From Gammaproteobacteria bacterium (GTDB lineage: Bacteria > Pseudomonadota > Gammaproteobacteria > GCA-001735895): a stretch of 53,603 nucleotides of DNA. Both the position numbers and the translations under genes were made by a program. The notes under the pieces are model-generated. The model ran no database searches. It was not told the DNA's origin and saw only the letters and a program-made list of their open reading frames with translations. Each line of letters starts with the position of its first letter. Position 1 is the stretch's first letter. Location of the stretch: contig JBNKUM010000033.1 in the NCBI GenBank assembly GCA_050298595.1, positions 1 to 53,603 on the forward strand. Direction: 5' to 3'. Of the stretch, positions 1 through 10,271 are shown in pieces.

Positions 1-641
1 TGCGAAGGCATGCCCATTTCTATCGGATTGAGAATAGGCCCTTTAGCCTGTTCTTCTAACGACCCAGCGCGACCATCCCAGAAAAAGACGCGTTGAAATG
101 CAGCGTTAAAAACCGTAGGAACATTTCTTGATCCCACCTGACCACCAATACCTATCGCCTGAGGCCGACCATCGGAGCCACCTTTTTCAAGGCTTTGTTC
201 ATGACAGGATGCACAGGAAAGGGTGTCATCTCTGGAAAGGCGTTTGTCAAAAAATAGTTTCCTGCCTAATTTTATTTTATTTTCTGTAGATGGGTTATCT
301 ATAGGTGAAGGTGCCTGCAAGGGTAATGCCTGCCACTGATAAGAAGCAATTTTTATATCCAGTTCCACATTGTCCATTGCATTAGCTGATTGATCCTGTA
401 AAGCACTTAATGGAATAGAATCTGGCACCATACTGAGTAAGGTTCGTGGAAATGAACTGAACACTATGATCATGCCAATCTTAAAACTAAATGCCATTAC
501 GCCAGCTCCCAGACTGCAGAAAACCAACCATTTTCGCTGGACTGCTGTAGCTATTTCTCCAATCAGATTAAACAGAATAAAAATGAATACCACTATAACT
601 ACTAAACTTAATGCCAGAAGTTGTGAAGATGAAGGATCCAT
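1..641 (-). CDS. Cytochrome c peroxidase / MauG-family di-heme protein with two predicted N-terminal transmembrane helices (3' end outside window)
   Basis: Not in ORF track (runs off the edge). Manual translation: MDPSSSQLLALSLVVIVVFIFILFNLIG...DNPSTENKIKLGRKLFFDKRLSRDDTLSCASCH...RNVPTVFNAAFQRVFFWDGRAGSLEEQAKGPILNPIEMG, which gives CxxCH plus CCP_MauG signature motifs. ATG at 641 preceded by GAGGA. Confidence 0.9.
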   Translation of the reverse strand, partial: MDPSSSQLLALSLVVIVVFIFILFNLIGEIATAVQRKWLVFCSLGAGVMAFSFKIGMIIVFSSFPRTLLSMVPDSIPLSALQDQSANAMDNVELDIKIASYQWQALPLQAPSPIDNPSTENKIKLGRKLFFDKRLSRDDTLSCASCHEQSLEKGGSDGRPQAIGIGGQVGSRNVPTVFNAAFQRVFFWDGRAGSLEEQAKGPILNPIEMGMPS

Positions 642-707
642 GACAGTTTCCTCTACATGTAAAAAGCCAGTTGTAGTAAATACAACTGGCAGCAAACTCC
701 TGATGAT

Positions 708-887
708 CTATTTCAGACCCATTTTTTGATACAGCATCAATCCAGGGCAGATACCCGTTATGCCAGCAAACACTAACATAACCGTCGGCAGGTATAGAAA
801 CCAGTGCACCTGTTGCCATCCGCTTAAAAATATTCCAACACCATATAAAACTGCTACCGTTAAAAACAACATACGTTGAGCTGACAT
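708..887 (-). CDS. Small two-TM membrane protein, YgaP/DUF2892-like (59 aa)
   Basis: Below ORF-track cutoff. MSAQRMLFLTVAVLYGVGIFLSGWQQVHWFLYLPTVMLVFAGITGICPGLMLYQKMGLK; GGAGG RBS; C-terminal G-x-C-P motif typical of DUF2892. Confidence 0.8.
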   Translation of the reverse strand: MSAQRMLFLTVAVLYGVGIFLSGWQQVHWFLYLPTVMLVFAGITGICPGLMLYQKMGLK

Positions 888-993
888 AATATTCCTCCAC
901 TTTCCAGTTAAAAAAAAACACCAACAAACTTTGCTCTGACTCCTTTTAATTATTGATACTAACCTCTACTATGCTGGTTAAAATAAAAGTTTG

Positions 994-1008
994 ATAAGAG
1001 CTGCTTAT
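994..1008. promoter_or_regulatory. Putative LysR-type operator (T-N11-A dyad)
   Basis: ATAAG-AGCTG-CTTAT perfect dyad with T995-N11-A1007, between the divergent LysR and DUF2892-CCP genes. Confidence 0.55.
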
Positions 1009-1083
1009 GATGTTAGTTTAGCTTTCAATTATTTATAAATTTTATTTATGAATAACATTCATTCAAATTTCGAATAAATCAAA

Positions 1084-2007
1084 ATGAACTTAAAACAAAT
1101 CCATTTTGTACTCTCGGTAGCTGAAACCTCTTCCTTTAGTAAAGCGGCTAAACTCTGTCATGCCACCCAACCCACGCTTTCCAATGCAATTTCTCAAGTG
1201 GAAGATGAGCTGGGCAGCAAACTATTTGTCAGAACAACACGAAAGGTTTCGCTTACGGCTTTTGGTGAATACATGCTGCCTTATTTTAATCAGCTATCAA
1301 GCAGTCAACAGGAACTAAAAGACGCTGCTTATTCCTTTCACCACCCGGAACACAGCTTGTTGAGAATTGGATTATCACCACTGGTGGATATGAAACTGGT
1401 GAATCAGATATTACTGCCTTATCGACGAGCCAATCCCGATATCAATATATTTTTCAAAGAATGTCTGATGGATGAGATGACTGAGCGTATGCAAAATCAG
1501 CAAATTGACTTTGCCATCGTGCCTCAGAGCATTCAAATTGCAGATACTGAGTCGACCTTTTTTTATCAGGAACCGCTATTCTACCTGCCGCAGGAAAACG
1601 CTAGCAAAATTAAAAAACAACATTCAATTGAAATTACCTCAATACCTCCTGACCCTGTCATACTGACCGGTGGTGGTTGTGGATTAAATGGTTCTCTGGA
1701 AAATTTATTCAAACAACATCATTCAAGTTTTAATTCTTATCCTGGTCAGGCACTGAGTTACAGAGTAATAGAAGAATGGGCTTCTCTGGGAATCGGAGCG
1801 GGTATATTGCCCAAAGCTAAACTGTCAGAGAATAATAAATCACTGATCCCGTTGTTACTTGAAAACGGAGAAGCAGCAATGTTTTCGTATTATTGGTTAT
1901 GGGGTGAAAAGGCGCTTAACAATTCAGATCTGTCGACGTTCATTGAATTCTTAAATATCCAGCTGCCTTCGCTAGTAAAAGGGAAATCTTTAATTTCGGC
2001 GGCTTGA
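1084..2007 (+). CDS. LysR-family transcriptional regulator, OxyR-like
   Basis: N-terminal HTH SFSKAAKLCHATQPTLSNAISQVEDELG; Cys at residue 199 (GGGCG) in the effector domain. Confidence 0.92.
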   Translation: MNLKQIHFVLSVAETSSFSKAAKLCHATQPTLSNAISQVEDELGSKLFVRTTRKVSLTAFGEYMLPYFNQLSSSQQELKDAAYSFHHPEHSLLRIGLSPLVDMKLVNQILLPYRRANPDINIFFKECLMDEMTERMQNQQIDFAIVPQSIQIADTESTFFYQEPLFYLPQENASKIKKQHSIEITSIPPDPVILTGGGCGLNGSLENLFKQHHSSFNSYPGQALSYRVIEEWASLGIGAGILPKAKLSENNKSLIPLLLENGEAAMFSYYWLWGEKALNNSDLSTFIEFLNIQLPSLVKGKSLISAA

Positions 2008-2192
2008 TTGTGACAAAATTCCATTCGATTTTTCTCTTCTAGTTGAGCGATATCAATAACACCCGGCCTTCCCAACTTTTATTTTCTTTTTTTATTGTAG
2101 AAATAAATACCTTTGTTAGTATCGCCATTCATCCGAAAAAGACATCGCGCAATTGCCCGAATGTACCTGAGCATTAACAATTGGGAAGTAAT

Positions 2193-2849
2193 ATGAAAAA
2201 AATCAGTTCTGTAGCTATTTTGCTCGTTGGCTACCTGTTCTCCTCTACAACACTACTCGCCAGTAACACACCCTCATACTCTTACATCCAGGCCTCAGCC
2301 CAGTCCTGGGAAATACAGGATTTAAAAAAAATCAGTGGTCCTGGGGGCATGATTTCAATAGAGCTCGGTGATACCTTATTTATGACTGCCGAGGCATTCC
2401 AGATTTCAAAAGAAGATAGAGATGGCACTTATACAAAAAAGGATGAATTTGATGCCGGCAGCATTGGAATAGGCATCAGATCACGCACCATAAACAATAC
2501 CTCCTGGTTTCTTTCACTTACATTTGAAAAGTGGACCTGGGATATCATCGAAACCTATTCTGATTCGACTGATATCGATACTACAAAACCAGAGCGTATT
2601 GCTCTAATCATGGGCTTTCGCTCTCAACTCTCAAAAACTGTTGAACTCAATGGCAGCATACAACGCTACGATCTTGACTATAAAAATGGAGATGAGTTTG
2701 ACCCTTCCGACACTGAAGTAGGTAGCGCGATCCAACTGGGGTTAAATTATCAATTCATCGAAGATATTCATCTAGTATTTGATTACTCCAGGTCAGAGTC
2801 AGGTCTGGAGTATGACCGTGTCGGTTTAGGTTTACGCTATAGCTTTTAA
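2193..2849 (+). CDS. Outer-membrane beta-barrel protein
   Basis: Signal peptide MKKISSVAILL...LLA; alternating beta-strand pattern; C-terminal GLGLRYSF with terminal Phe. ATG 2193 preferred to TTG 2181. Confidence 0.8.
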   Translation: MKKISSVAILLVGYLFSSTTLLASNTPSYSYIQASAQSWEIQDLKKISGPGGMISIELGDTLFMTAEAFQISKEDRDGTYTKKDEFDAGSIGIGIRSRTINNTSWFLSLTFEKWTWDIIETYSDSTDIDTTKPERIALIMGFRSQLSKTVELNGSIQRYDLDYKNGDEFDPSDTEVGSAIQLGLNYQFIEDIHLVFDYSRSESGLEYDRVGLGLRYSF

Positions 2850-2868
2850 TCGTCGCTGAAGTCACAGG

Positions 2869-3252
2869 TCAAAGACTGGCTGCAACACTTTGTAGTTTTT
2901 CCCTGACCAGTGGTGCTACCTCTGCTATGTGGTCATTTTCAACCATGCCCAGCACTGCAACAGGATCCATAAAGCCGATATAAATCTGACCATTGCCTTC
3001 ATCGCGTACTAACACATTACAGGGCAATAACAGGCCAATATCGGGATCGGCTTCTATTGCCTGGTGAGCCAGATTTGGGTTACAGGCACCCAGAATTTTA
3101 TAACCTCTTCGATCGACATTCAGCTTTGCTTTCATAACTTTTTGAACATCAATCTCGGTTAACACACCAAAACCCTCATCCATTAAAGCTGCACGAACTT
3201 TATCTTCAGCCTGTTGCATAGTTGCAGTTATGGTTTTACTAAAACTGTACAT
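2869..3252 (-). CDS. DUF302 domain protein
   Basis: GFGVLTEIDV...YKILGACNP...IGLLLPCNVLV motifs. Confidence 0.9.
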   Translation of the reverse strand: MYSFSKTITATMQQAEDKVRAALMDEGFGVLTEIDVQKVMKAKLNVDRRGYKILGACNPNLAHQAIEADPDIGLLLPCNVLVRDEGNGQIYIGFMDPVAVLGMVENDHIAEVAPLVREKLQSVAASL

Positions 3253-3447
3253 GATTAAAACTCCTCAGATTTTTTGTGCGTATTCACAATACGGTGTTAG
3301 ATTTAAACACAGCTCAGCCAATAAAATACTACACACCATATAGGGTCAGCATACCTGCAAAAATAGCCCTGATATAACGCAAAGAGAAATGAAGAGAATA
3401 TGCGAGTGAAGCTCTGCCCTGTTACAGAACTTCATCGCTTTGATAAA

Positions 3448-3642
3448 TTATCCTTGATAGGTCATATCCTGACCGCAACACATGGGAGACTTAATCATGC
3501 CATGACCATCCGGACATTTTGAAACATCCACGGTACCACCATCATCAGTTTCGACCGTATCATGATCCAACTCTTTATTGCAGGTTCCACAGGTCATAGA
3601 ACCCACTTTCATACCACAGACTTCACATACATATGCGCCCAT
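3448..3642 (-). CDS. Small Cys-rich putative metal-binding protein (64 aa)
   Basis: CxxC-x8-CxxC...CxxxH...CCG pattern; AGGAG RBS. Confidence 0.75.
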   Translation of the reverse strand: MGAYVCEVCGMKVGSMTCGTCNKELDHDTVETDDGGTVDVSKCPDGHGMIKSPMCCGQDMTYQG

Positions 3643-3766
3643 TTTTTTCTCCTGTTTAAGTTATTGAGGATTGAACAGAATTAGTCTGTACAACCAACGG
3701 TTCACAATAGTAATGGAAATACCTCTGCGTTAAAACCACATAACACCACAGGGTAATTTAATCACT

Positions 3767-4561
3767 TCAATCAGCAATCATCAGCTGATTAGAATGTCGC
3801 TTCAAGAGTTCAAGCTTATCACTTCGTTGCTGAACATCTTTCACTGCTTTCTTATAAAAACCACGTAAATGGCTTTTCAACTGCCTGCTTACCGTGGCAT
3901 AAGGTATGCCTTTTAAGACCGAAAATATAGCCAGCGCATAAGTCGATTGCTGTTCGGTCAGGTAGGCATCGCGGTTCGCATGCGGGTTATAGCAGCTACC
4001 GCAACCGCCGCGAAAGGTATAAGCGCTATTGGCAAACATCAGTCCGAAACCCAGAAATATCGCCGTTATTTCAGTAGCTTGCGGCCATAGCTCTTCGCCT
4101 CCGGGTGCAGGCTGTTTAGCCATTTGCCCCATATAATGCGCGATGATATGTGCAAAGGTGGCAATCATCCCCTCAGGATTATTGATCTGCTGAGGATTAA
4201 AAGGGATTAGCAATCGCTCTGATTCAGGCGTAGTCATATCCCGTCGCTCACCGACTTCTCGCATATCGCCAATTATTTTAATAGCCGGTACATCAGGTAC
4301 GGTACAACTATTCTGATCAACAACCAACGTTGGCCAATGAGCAATACCCGCATAGCGACTAACCTGACTGAATATTAATTCTGCCATACCCTGAACACTA
4401 TCTACCCGTCCTGGAAAAAAATCATTATTCGGTAAAACCAGAACCGTATGCCGATAAAAAAAATCAGCGCCAAAATTTTGTAGCGACCAGTCAAACACAT
4501 CGAACATCCATTGAATGGATGACTCTTCCAGCAGCGGTTTCTTTTCAAACAGGCTAAACAC
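3767..4561 (-). CDS. Hypothetical protein with zincin-like HxxxH helix lacking the catalytic Glu
   Basis: 264-aa ORF, GTG start; IATFAHIIAHY, downstream E (QATEITAIFLGFG) and GGCGSC. Confidence 0.75.
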   Translation of the reverse strand: MFSLFEKKPLLEESSIQWMFDVFDWSLQNFGADFFYRHTVLVLPNNDFFPGRVDSVQGMAELIFSQVSRYAGIAHWPTLVVDQNSCTVPDVPAIKIIGDMREVGERRDMTTPESERLLIPFNPQQINNPEGMIATFAHIIAHYMGQMAKQPAPGGEELWPQATEITAIFLGFGLMFANSAYTFRGGCGSCYNPHANRDAYLTEQQSTYALAIFSVLKGIPYATVSRQLKSHLRGFYKKAVKDVQQRSDKLELLKRHSNQLMIAD

Positions 4562-4776
4562 AAAAATATCTCAATCAATAATTCAAATTAGACGCCTAGT
4601 GTAAACAAAAAACCGTCTTACTCACGCTCAAAATCAACTTAAGGAACCTCAGAAACTCACTCTCATGGTTGCAAAACAGACCCAGGCACGGCACAGTAGC
4701 CAGCCGTAGTACGATTTCGCTTACCTCTATCCTATCTACGTAATCTCTTTTTTTAAATTAATCTTGGAAATTTTTA

Positions 4777-5394
4777 ATGTCAGATAATCAATTCTCCACC
4801 GTTGAGGAGCAAGCCTCTTACGGTATCGGTATGCAAATGGGCCAGCAAATGCAGGGCGCATTCCCCGGTGTTTCCATTGAGGCCGCTATGGCAGGTCTAC
4901 AGGATGCTCTGGATGGCAATAAGCCTCAGATCAACCCTGCAGATATCAATGCTGCTTTTCAGGCTATGCAACAGAAACTTCAGGCAGAAGAGTCTCAAAA
5001 AGCTGAGAAATATGCTGCCGAAGGTACTGCATTCCTGGAGCAGAATGCGACACGTGATGGCGTCATTGTCACCGAAAGCGGATTGCAATACGAAGTGATC
5101 ACTGAAGGTGATGGTGAAAAACCTGCAGCCAGCAGCACTGTGCGTACCCACTATCGTGGCACCTTAATCAACGGTAATGAGTTTGATAGCTCATACAGCC
5201 GTAATCAACCGACTGAATTTCCAGTAAACGGTGTTATCGCTGGCTGGACAGAAGCATTACAACTGATGCCTGTTGGCTCCAAATGGAAGCTGTATATTCC
5301 ATACCACCTGGCCTATGGTGAACAGGGTGCTGGTGGTGCTATCGGCCCTTACCAGGCTTTAATCTTCGAAATCGAACTGTTAGCCATTGTTTAA
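4777..5394 (+). CDS. fklB: FKBP-type peptidyl-prolyl cis-trans isomerase
   Basis: FKBP_N region (ASYGIGMQMG) plus FKBP_C (HYRGTLINGNEFDSS, VIAGWTEAL, LAYGEQG); no signal peptide. Confidence 0.93.
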   Translation: MSDNQFSTVEEQASYGIGMQMGQQMQGAFPGVSIEAAMAGLQDALDGNKPQINPADINAAFQAMQQKLQAEESQKAEKYAAEGTAFLEQNATRDGVIVTESGLQYEVITEGDGEKPAASSTVRTHYRGTLINGNEFDSSYSRNQPTEFPVNGVIAGWTEALQLMPVGSKWKLYIPYHLAYGEQGAGGAIGPYQALIFEIELLAIV

Positions 5395-5410
5395 TAGCTT
5401 TTAGTTCTAG

Positions 5411-5448
5411 CTGCTGATGAGGCGAGCCCCTCAAATCATCAGCAGTTT
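5411..5448 (+). terminator. Probable intrinsic terminator hairpin after fklB
   Basis: CTGCTGATGA/TCATCAGCAG perfect 10-bp stem; only a short T tail. Confidence 0.5.
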
Positions 5449-5652
5449 CCGCCCCCTGAAATCAGATCAGATTGTTTGCGCAAAATCTGTTATACTCCCG
5501 CGCAGAATACAGGTACTTCTCGGTCAGTACCTACATTAATACGGTTATCCATCCTGGTTTCCTCTTAATTTTTTATACATTATCCGCCTGGACCGTCCCA
5601 AGCCCGTAGATACACGGAAGCTGGAAGGCCGATTTCTGGAGAACAACAATAC

Positions 5653-6945
5653 ATGTCATTTGAATCTCTTGGCCTCAAAGCCGAGCTAGTACGCGCAGTT
5701 TCTGAAAAAGGTTATAACACCCCAACTCCGATACAAAAACAGGCCATCCCTCTAATCCTCGAAGGTCGAGACATCATGGGTGCGGCGCAAACCGGTACTG
5801 GTAAAACCGCTGGTTTTACCCTGCCCTTATTACAGCGCCTTATCGAGAGTGAAAAGCCACGCCAGGGCCGCCGCCCCATTCGCGCACTGGTATTAACCCC
5901 AACACGCGAGCTGGCGGCACAGGTAGCCGAAAGTATCGATATCTATGGTCGACATCTGCCGCTCAAATCCACCGTGATTTTCGGCGGTGTCAGCATTAAC
6001 CCACAAAAGCAGAAGCTCATTCGTGGAGTGGATATACTCACCGCTACACCAGGTCGTTTGCTGGATCACGTGGGTCAACGCTCCGCCGATTTATCCGGCG
6101 TTGAAATCCTGGTATTAGACGAAGCCGACCGTATGCTTGATATGGGATTTATCCATGACATTAAAAAAGTCCTGGCTCTATTACCCAAACATAAGCAAAC
6201 CCTGCTATTTTCCGCCACCTTTTCAGATGATATAAAAAGGCTTGCGAATGGTTTACTGAATAAACCTTCACTAGTCGAGGTAGCGCAAAGCAACACTGCC
6301 ACAGAAACCGTAACGCAAGTTGTGCACCCTGTAGACAAGGAGCGCAAGCGTGAGCTTCTATCGTTCCTGATTGGTTCCAACAACTGGCAACAGGTACTGG
6401 TTTTTAACCGCACCAAACATGGCTCTAATCGTTTGGCCGAACAGTTGAACAAAGATGGTATTACCGCTGCGGCAATTCATGGCAACAAAAGTCAGGGCGC
6501 ACGTACCCGTGCACTGGCAGATTTCAAGACCGGTAACGTGCGTGTACTCGTAGCCACCGATATCGCCGCACGTGGACTCGACATTGACCAGCTACCGCAT
6601 GTAGTCAATTTCGAACTGCCTAATGTTGCAGAAGATTATGTACACAGAATTGGCCGTACCGGACGTGCAGGTCGCGAAGGCGAAGCAATGTCTCTGGTTT
6701 GTGTCGATGAGCTTAAACTGCTGAGAGACATCGAAAAGCTGATTAAACGCGAGATACCTAAAACAGTGATCGATGGTTATCAGCCCGACCCTTCTATCAA
6801 GGCTGAACCTATCCAGAATGGTCGCTCCGGAAATCCACGTAATAACAACCGCAAACCACAGGGCCGACGTGGTAATAATGCGAATTTCCCTCCAGCACAG
6901 AATAAATCCAGAAACCAGCAACGCGGCCGCAGAAACGCAGCCTAA
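5653..6945 (+). CDS. rhlE: DEAD-box ATP-dependent RNA helicase RhlE
   Basis: Q motif, [29 protein letters not shown]; basic low-complexity C-terminal tail. Confidence 0.93.
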   Translation: MSFESLGLKAELVRAVSEKGYNTPTPIQKQAIPLILEGRDIMGAAQTGTGKTAGFTLPLLQRLIESEKPRQGRRPIRALVLTPTRELAAQVAESIDIYGRHLPLKSTVIFGGVSINPQKQKLIRGVDILTATPGRLLDHVGQRSADLSGVEILVLDEADRMLDMGFIHDIKKVLALLPKHKQTLLFSATFSDDIKRLANGLLNKPSLVEVAQSNTATETVTQVVHPVDKERKRELLSFLIGSNNWQQVLVFNRTKHGSNRLAEQLNKDGITAAAIHGNKSQGARTRALADFKTGNVRVLVATDIAARGLDIDQLPHVVNFELPNVAEDYVHRIGRTGRAGREGEAMSLVCVDELKLLRDIEKLIKREIPKTVIDGYQPDPSIKAEPIQNGRSGNPRNNNRKPQGRRGNNANFPPAQNKSRNQQRGRRNAA

Positions 6946-6968
6946 CATCGAAACAGGAATCAAGACTC

Positions 6969-7265
6969 ATGAGCGAACAAGCAAAACAGGACGATCGTAA
7001 GTACCATATTCACAGTATCGAAGAAATTGATGCTCCTACAGGTATGGAAACAGACCAGCAGTGGTATCAATACGTGATCAGCCATGGCCCTTCTCGCATA
7101 GAAGGCAAACGTCCAGGCACACTGGAATCCGTTAAACAGCATGCTGAGGAATATACTGAAAATCTGAATCAGCGAGCTACACTAGGCTACTCAGCCTATG
7201 CAACGCGTAAACCCAAGCAATCCGATAAAACACCTGCAAACCCGCCTGCAAAGGCTGCAGAGTAA
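6969..7265 (+). CDS. Hypothetical protein
   Basis: 98-aa ORF with AGGA RBS, in line between rhlE and yjdM. Confidence 0.65.
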   Translation: MSEQAKQDDRKYHIHSIEEIDAPTGMETDQQWYQYVISHGPSRIEGKRPGTLESVKQHAEEYTENLNQRATLGYSAYATRKPKQSDKTPANPPAKAAE

Positions 7266-7309
7266 TTCGTATATCTTTTTATTAACCTTTTTTAATCTTT
7301 ATAACCGTT

Positions 7310-7645
7310 ATGACCGATTTACCCCATTGCCCAAAATGCGATTCACCCTACACCTATCAGGACAGAGACATGCTGGTTTGCCCGGAATGTGCTCACGAAT
7401 GGTCAGCATCTGACAGTGACGCACCCGAAGGCCTGCAGATTAAAGACTCCAATGGTAATCTGCTACAGGATGGAGATAGCGTCACCGTAATCAAGGACCT
7501 CAAGGTGAAAGGTACCTCCTCCACCGTTAAGGTCGGCACCAAGGTTAAAAACATCCGACTGGTAGAAGGTGACCATGATATCGACTGCAAAATCGATGGT
7601 ATTGGCCCCATGAAACTCAAATCGGAATTCGTTAAGAAAGCATAA
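7310..7645 (+). CDS. yjdM: Zinc-ribbon protein YjdM (PhnA family)
   Basis: CPKCDS...[39 protein letters not shown]. Confidence 0.93.
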   Translation: MTDLPHCPKCDSPYTYQDRDMLVCPECAHEWSASDSDAPEGLQIKDSNGNLLQDGDSVTVIKDLKVKGTSSTVKVGTKVKNIRLVEGDHDIDCKIDGIGPMKLKSEFVKKA

Positions 7646-7650
7646 GCACA

Positions 7651-7687
7651 TGCAGCCTCTGTGTTGGTCACAGACACAGAGGCTGCA
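7651..7687. terminator. Terminator-like hairpin after yjdM
   Basis: TGCAGCCTCTGTGT/ACACAGAGGCTGCA perfect 14-bp stem; no clean U-tract. Confidence 0.5.
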
Positions 7688-7753
7688 AAATTTATCTGGC
7701 TACTTGCGTTGTGTATAATGCGCACGCGATTAACCCTGTAAACACCTCTCAGT

Positions 7754-8494
7754 ATGACTCAATCGAAACCTTTGTTGATCCTGCAACTCAGGCCGGAGGA
7801 CGACACCTCTGACAATGAGTTTCAGGCCATACTCAAATATGGCGGGCTCAAACCCGAACAAACTCAGCGTTTGCGTATTGAAAAAAATGGCATCCCTGAA
7901 GATCTTTCACTGGATGATTATTGCGCCATCATCGTCGGCGGTAGCCCATTTGATATCAGCACACCTCTAACCGACAAGTCTGACATTCAAATAAAGATCG
8001 AAGCCGATTTCAGGCACCTGCTGGACGAGGTTGTGCGTCTGGATTTTCCTTTTCTTGGTGCCTGTTCCGGCAATGGTCTATTGGGGGCTTATCTCGGAAC
8101 CTCTATCTCAAAGCGTTATGGTGAAGCCGTCGGCTGTGTGTCACTGGAGCTCACCGCAGATGGCAAAAACGATCCCTTGCTACAGGGCTTCCCAGATAGC
8201 ATCAAGGTATTACTTGGGCATAAAGAAGCCTGCGATTGTGTACCACAAGGTGCCACACTGCTAATCACTGGCTCTGCCTGCCCGGTGCAGATGTTCCGCA
8301 TTGGACAAAACGTGTATGCCACCCAGTTTCATCCGGAAGGCGATAGCGCTGGGTTTATAGTACGTATCCATGCCTACAAGCATCATGGCTATTTCAAACC
8401 TCACGAAGCCGAGCAGCTTATCGAAGCAGTAAGCCAGCACGAAACACCTTTTGCGCAAAAAATACTTGCGCGCTTTGTTCAGCGATATCGATAA
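7754..8494 (+). CDS. Class I glutamine amidotransferase
   Basis: GGSP, nucleophile FLGACSG, YATQFHPE catalytic His-Glu. Confidence 0.9.
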   Translation: MTQSKPLLILQLRPEDDTSDNEFQAILKYGGLKPEQTQRLRIEKNGIPEDLSLDDYCAIIVGGSPFDISTPLTDKSDIQIKIEADFRHLLDEVVRLDFPFLGACSGNGLLGAYLGTSISKRYGEAVGCVSLELTADGKNDPLLQGFPDSIKVLLGHKEACDCVPQGATLLITGSACPVQMFRIGQNVYATQFHPEGDSAGFIVRIHAYKHHGYFKPHEAEQLIEAVSQHETPFAQKILARFVQRYR

Positions 8495-8496
8495 AT

Positions 8497-8964
8497 ATGA
8501 TTCCAGATAAAGTTAAGTCAGTTCTCGACACACATCAGCTCAATGTCTTGTTATTTGAACCCGGCAGCACCCCGACATCGGAACTTGCTGCTGCACAAAT
8601 TAACTGTGCCGTCGGCCAGATTGCGAAATCCATGCTGTTCAAGGGTAAGGACGGTGTATTCCGATTATTTGTCTGTCCCGGCGACAGACGTATTGATAAC
8701 AAAAAACTGAAAAATACGATAGGCGTTAAGGCGCGAATGGCGACAGCAGATGAAACCTTTGACATTACCGGATTCAAGCCCGGCGGTGTTTGCCCTTTTG
8801 GTATAGAAGCTATCGAAATCTTTATTGATGTGGGCTTAAGTGCCTATTCGACTATCTACCCGGCTGCGGGTACCGACGCTTCGGGCGTACCCGTGAGCTT
8901 TGACCAGCTCAAGCAGGTTATCCAGGCCAGTGAATGCGATGTAATGATGGACTTAAACATTTAA
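8497..8964 (+). CDS. YbaK/EbsC aminoacyl-tRNA deacylase family protein
   Basis: QIAKS, TGFKPGGVCPFG, YPAAG motifs. Confidence 0.9.
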   Translation: MIPDKVKSVLDTHQLNVLLFEPGSTPTSELAAAQINCAVGQIAKSMLFKGKDGVFRLFVCPGDRRIDNKKLKNTIGVKARMATADETFDITGFKPGGVCPFGIEAIEIFIDVGLSAYSTIYPAAGTDASGVPVSFDQLKQVIQASECDVMMDLNI

Positions 8965-10271
8965 ATCTCTATCCGCTGATTGCGCTTTATTTCAGTCGCC
9001 AGACTGTCAAAAACACCAGCTGTATTCGCATAATCCGGCCAGCGACTTACAACTTCCTGAACCTGATCGATAATCTGCCTTGCCTGTTGTTTAAAATTAC
9101 CGATCAGAGCTGCTACCGCCAGCAGATCGGCACGACTAAAACCATCACGTTTTCCATTCAGGCTCATCTGATGCGCATTCACCCAGGGAGAATCCTTTTT
9201 ATAGCTATAGGCTAGATCAAAGGCCGGTGCCAATCGCCAGGAACCCTGCATGGAATCGAGCACAAAACCAATGTTTTTACTGTGATCATCATGGTTACGT
9301 GCAATCACGTTAAATACCATTCGCCGAAAAATTTCCACCGCATCCTGACGCGGTAATCTTAACCGGCGTGCAACAGCGAGTAATTGTTCATAACTGTAAC
9401 TACCCGGCCTCTTATAATCCGCATGATCCATCGCACAAAAAGAGGCATAGTGCAGTTTACGGTTGCCCTCACGATCAAAACGTCTGGTCATAAAATGCGC
9501 ACGCTGACCATCGATTAGCAATTCACTGGGTGAGATATTGATATCACAATCCCGCGCCATCAGATAGTAAGCATATTCCATACGCCCAAACCCCTGCGGA
9601 TCACCAAACACCTCGCTATTGATTTTATGCTCTTCTACCCCATCAAACTTGAGCAGAAAATGTTCAAAACCCTCTGGTGCATCTACCTGCCCGGAACGAA
9701 TTTCTGTACGCTGTTGATTCACTGCCACCAGCGCCTTGGCGCGTGCACCACCTGCTGAAGTACCCACCTGAAATAGCGCGCTCATGGCCTCATCATTTTC
9801 CTGCTGTAGATCCACTGACTGCCTGAGATCGGCTCGTTGATCAAGTATCTGCTGGGCCATAGCAACCAGAGATTCCAGTTCTATCTGTTGATTTAGTGGT
9901 GAGCTATCACGAATAGCAGGCTGGAACTCCAGCGCCCCCATCCCTCGATTACCGCTGTACAACAGGCGCTCAATGGCATTCAATGAATTAGCATCGCGTC
10001 CATTTCTGATCAGCCAGGCATTAATCACTGAATTACCAAAATCATCGGGCAAGGTATCGCTAAAAACCGCCGGCAGGCCACGATAGGTTTGCGGGTTTAA
10101 ATCGTTGAACTGGTATATTTTTGTTGATCGCGGCATATGCAACGGTGCGATTTCTGTTCCAGTAGCAAGCCACTGTGGCGCATATTCAAATCGGCTGATC
10201 CGGGTTTCCTCATCATAGGCCAGGGCCCCAACCAGATGCCCCCATAGATGAACTTCTGCCAGGTTCTGCAT
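8961..10271 (-). CDS. hipA: HipA-family Ser/Thr kinase toxin
   Basis: Couple_hipA N-terminus, SAGGARAK, LLKFD, RRFDR, NHDDHSKN, LAPAFD. Confidence 0.93.
   Translation of the reverse strand: MQNLAEVHLWGHLVGALAYDEETRISRFEYAPQWLATGTEIAPLHMPRSTKIYQFNDLNPQTYRGLPAVFSDTLPDDFGNSVINAWLIRNGRDANSLNAIERLLYSGNRGMGALEFQPAIRDSSPLNQQIELESLVAMAQQILDQRADLRQSVDLQQENDEAMSALFQVGTSAGGARAKALVAVNQQRTEIRSGQVDAPEGFEHFLLKFDGVEEHKINSEVFGDPQGFGRMEYAYYLMARDCDINISPSELLIDGQRAHFMTRRFDREGNRKLHYASFCAMDHADYKRPGSYSYEQLLAVARRLRLPRQDAVEIFRRMVFNVIARNHDDHSKNIGFVLDSMQGSWRLAPAFDLAYSYKKDSPWVNAHQMSLNGKRDGFSRADLLAVAALIGNFKQQARQIIDQVQEVVSRWPDYANTAGVFDSLATEIKRNQRIEI

Noticed and set aside
568-927. 119-aa minus-strand ORF (and plus ORF 466..729)
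   Set aside because: Shadow frames; the genes with RBS and family motifs are 708..887 and 1..641 in other frames.
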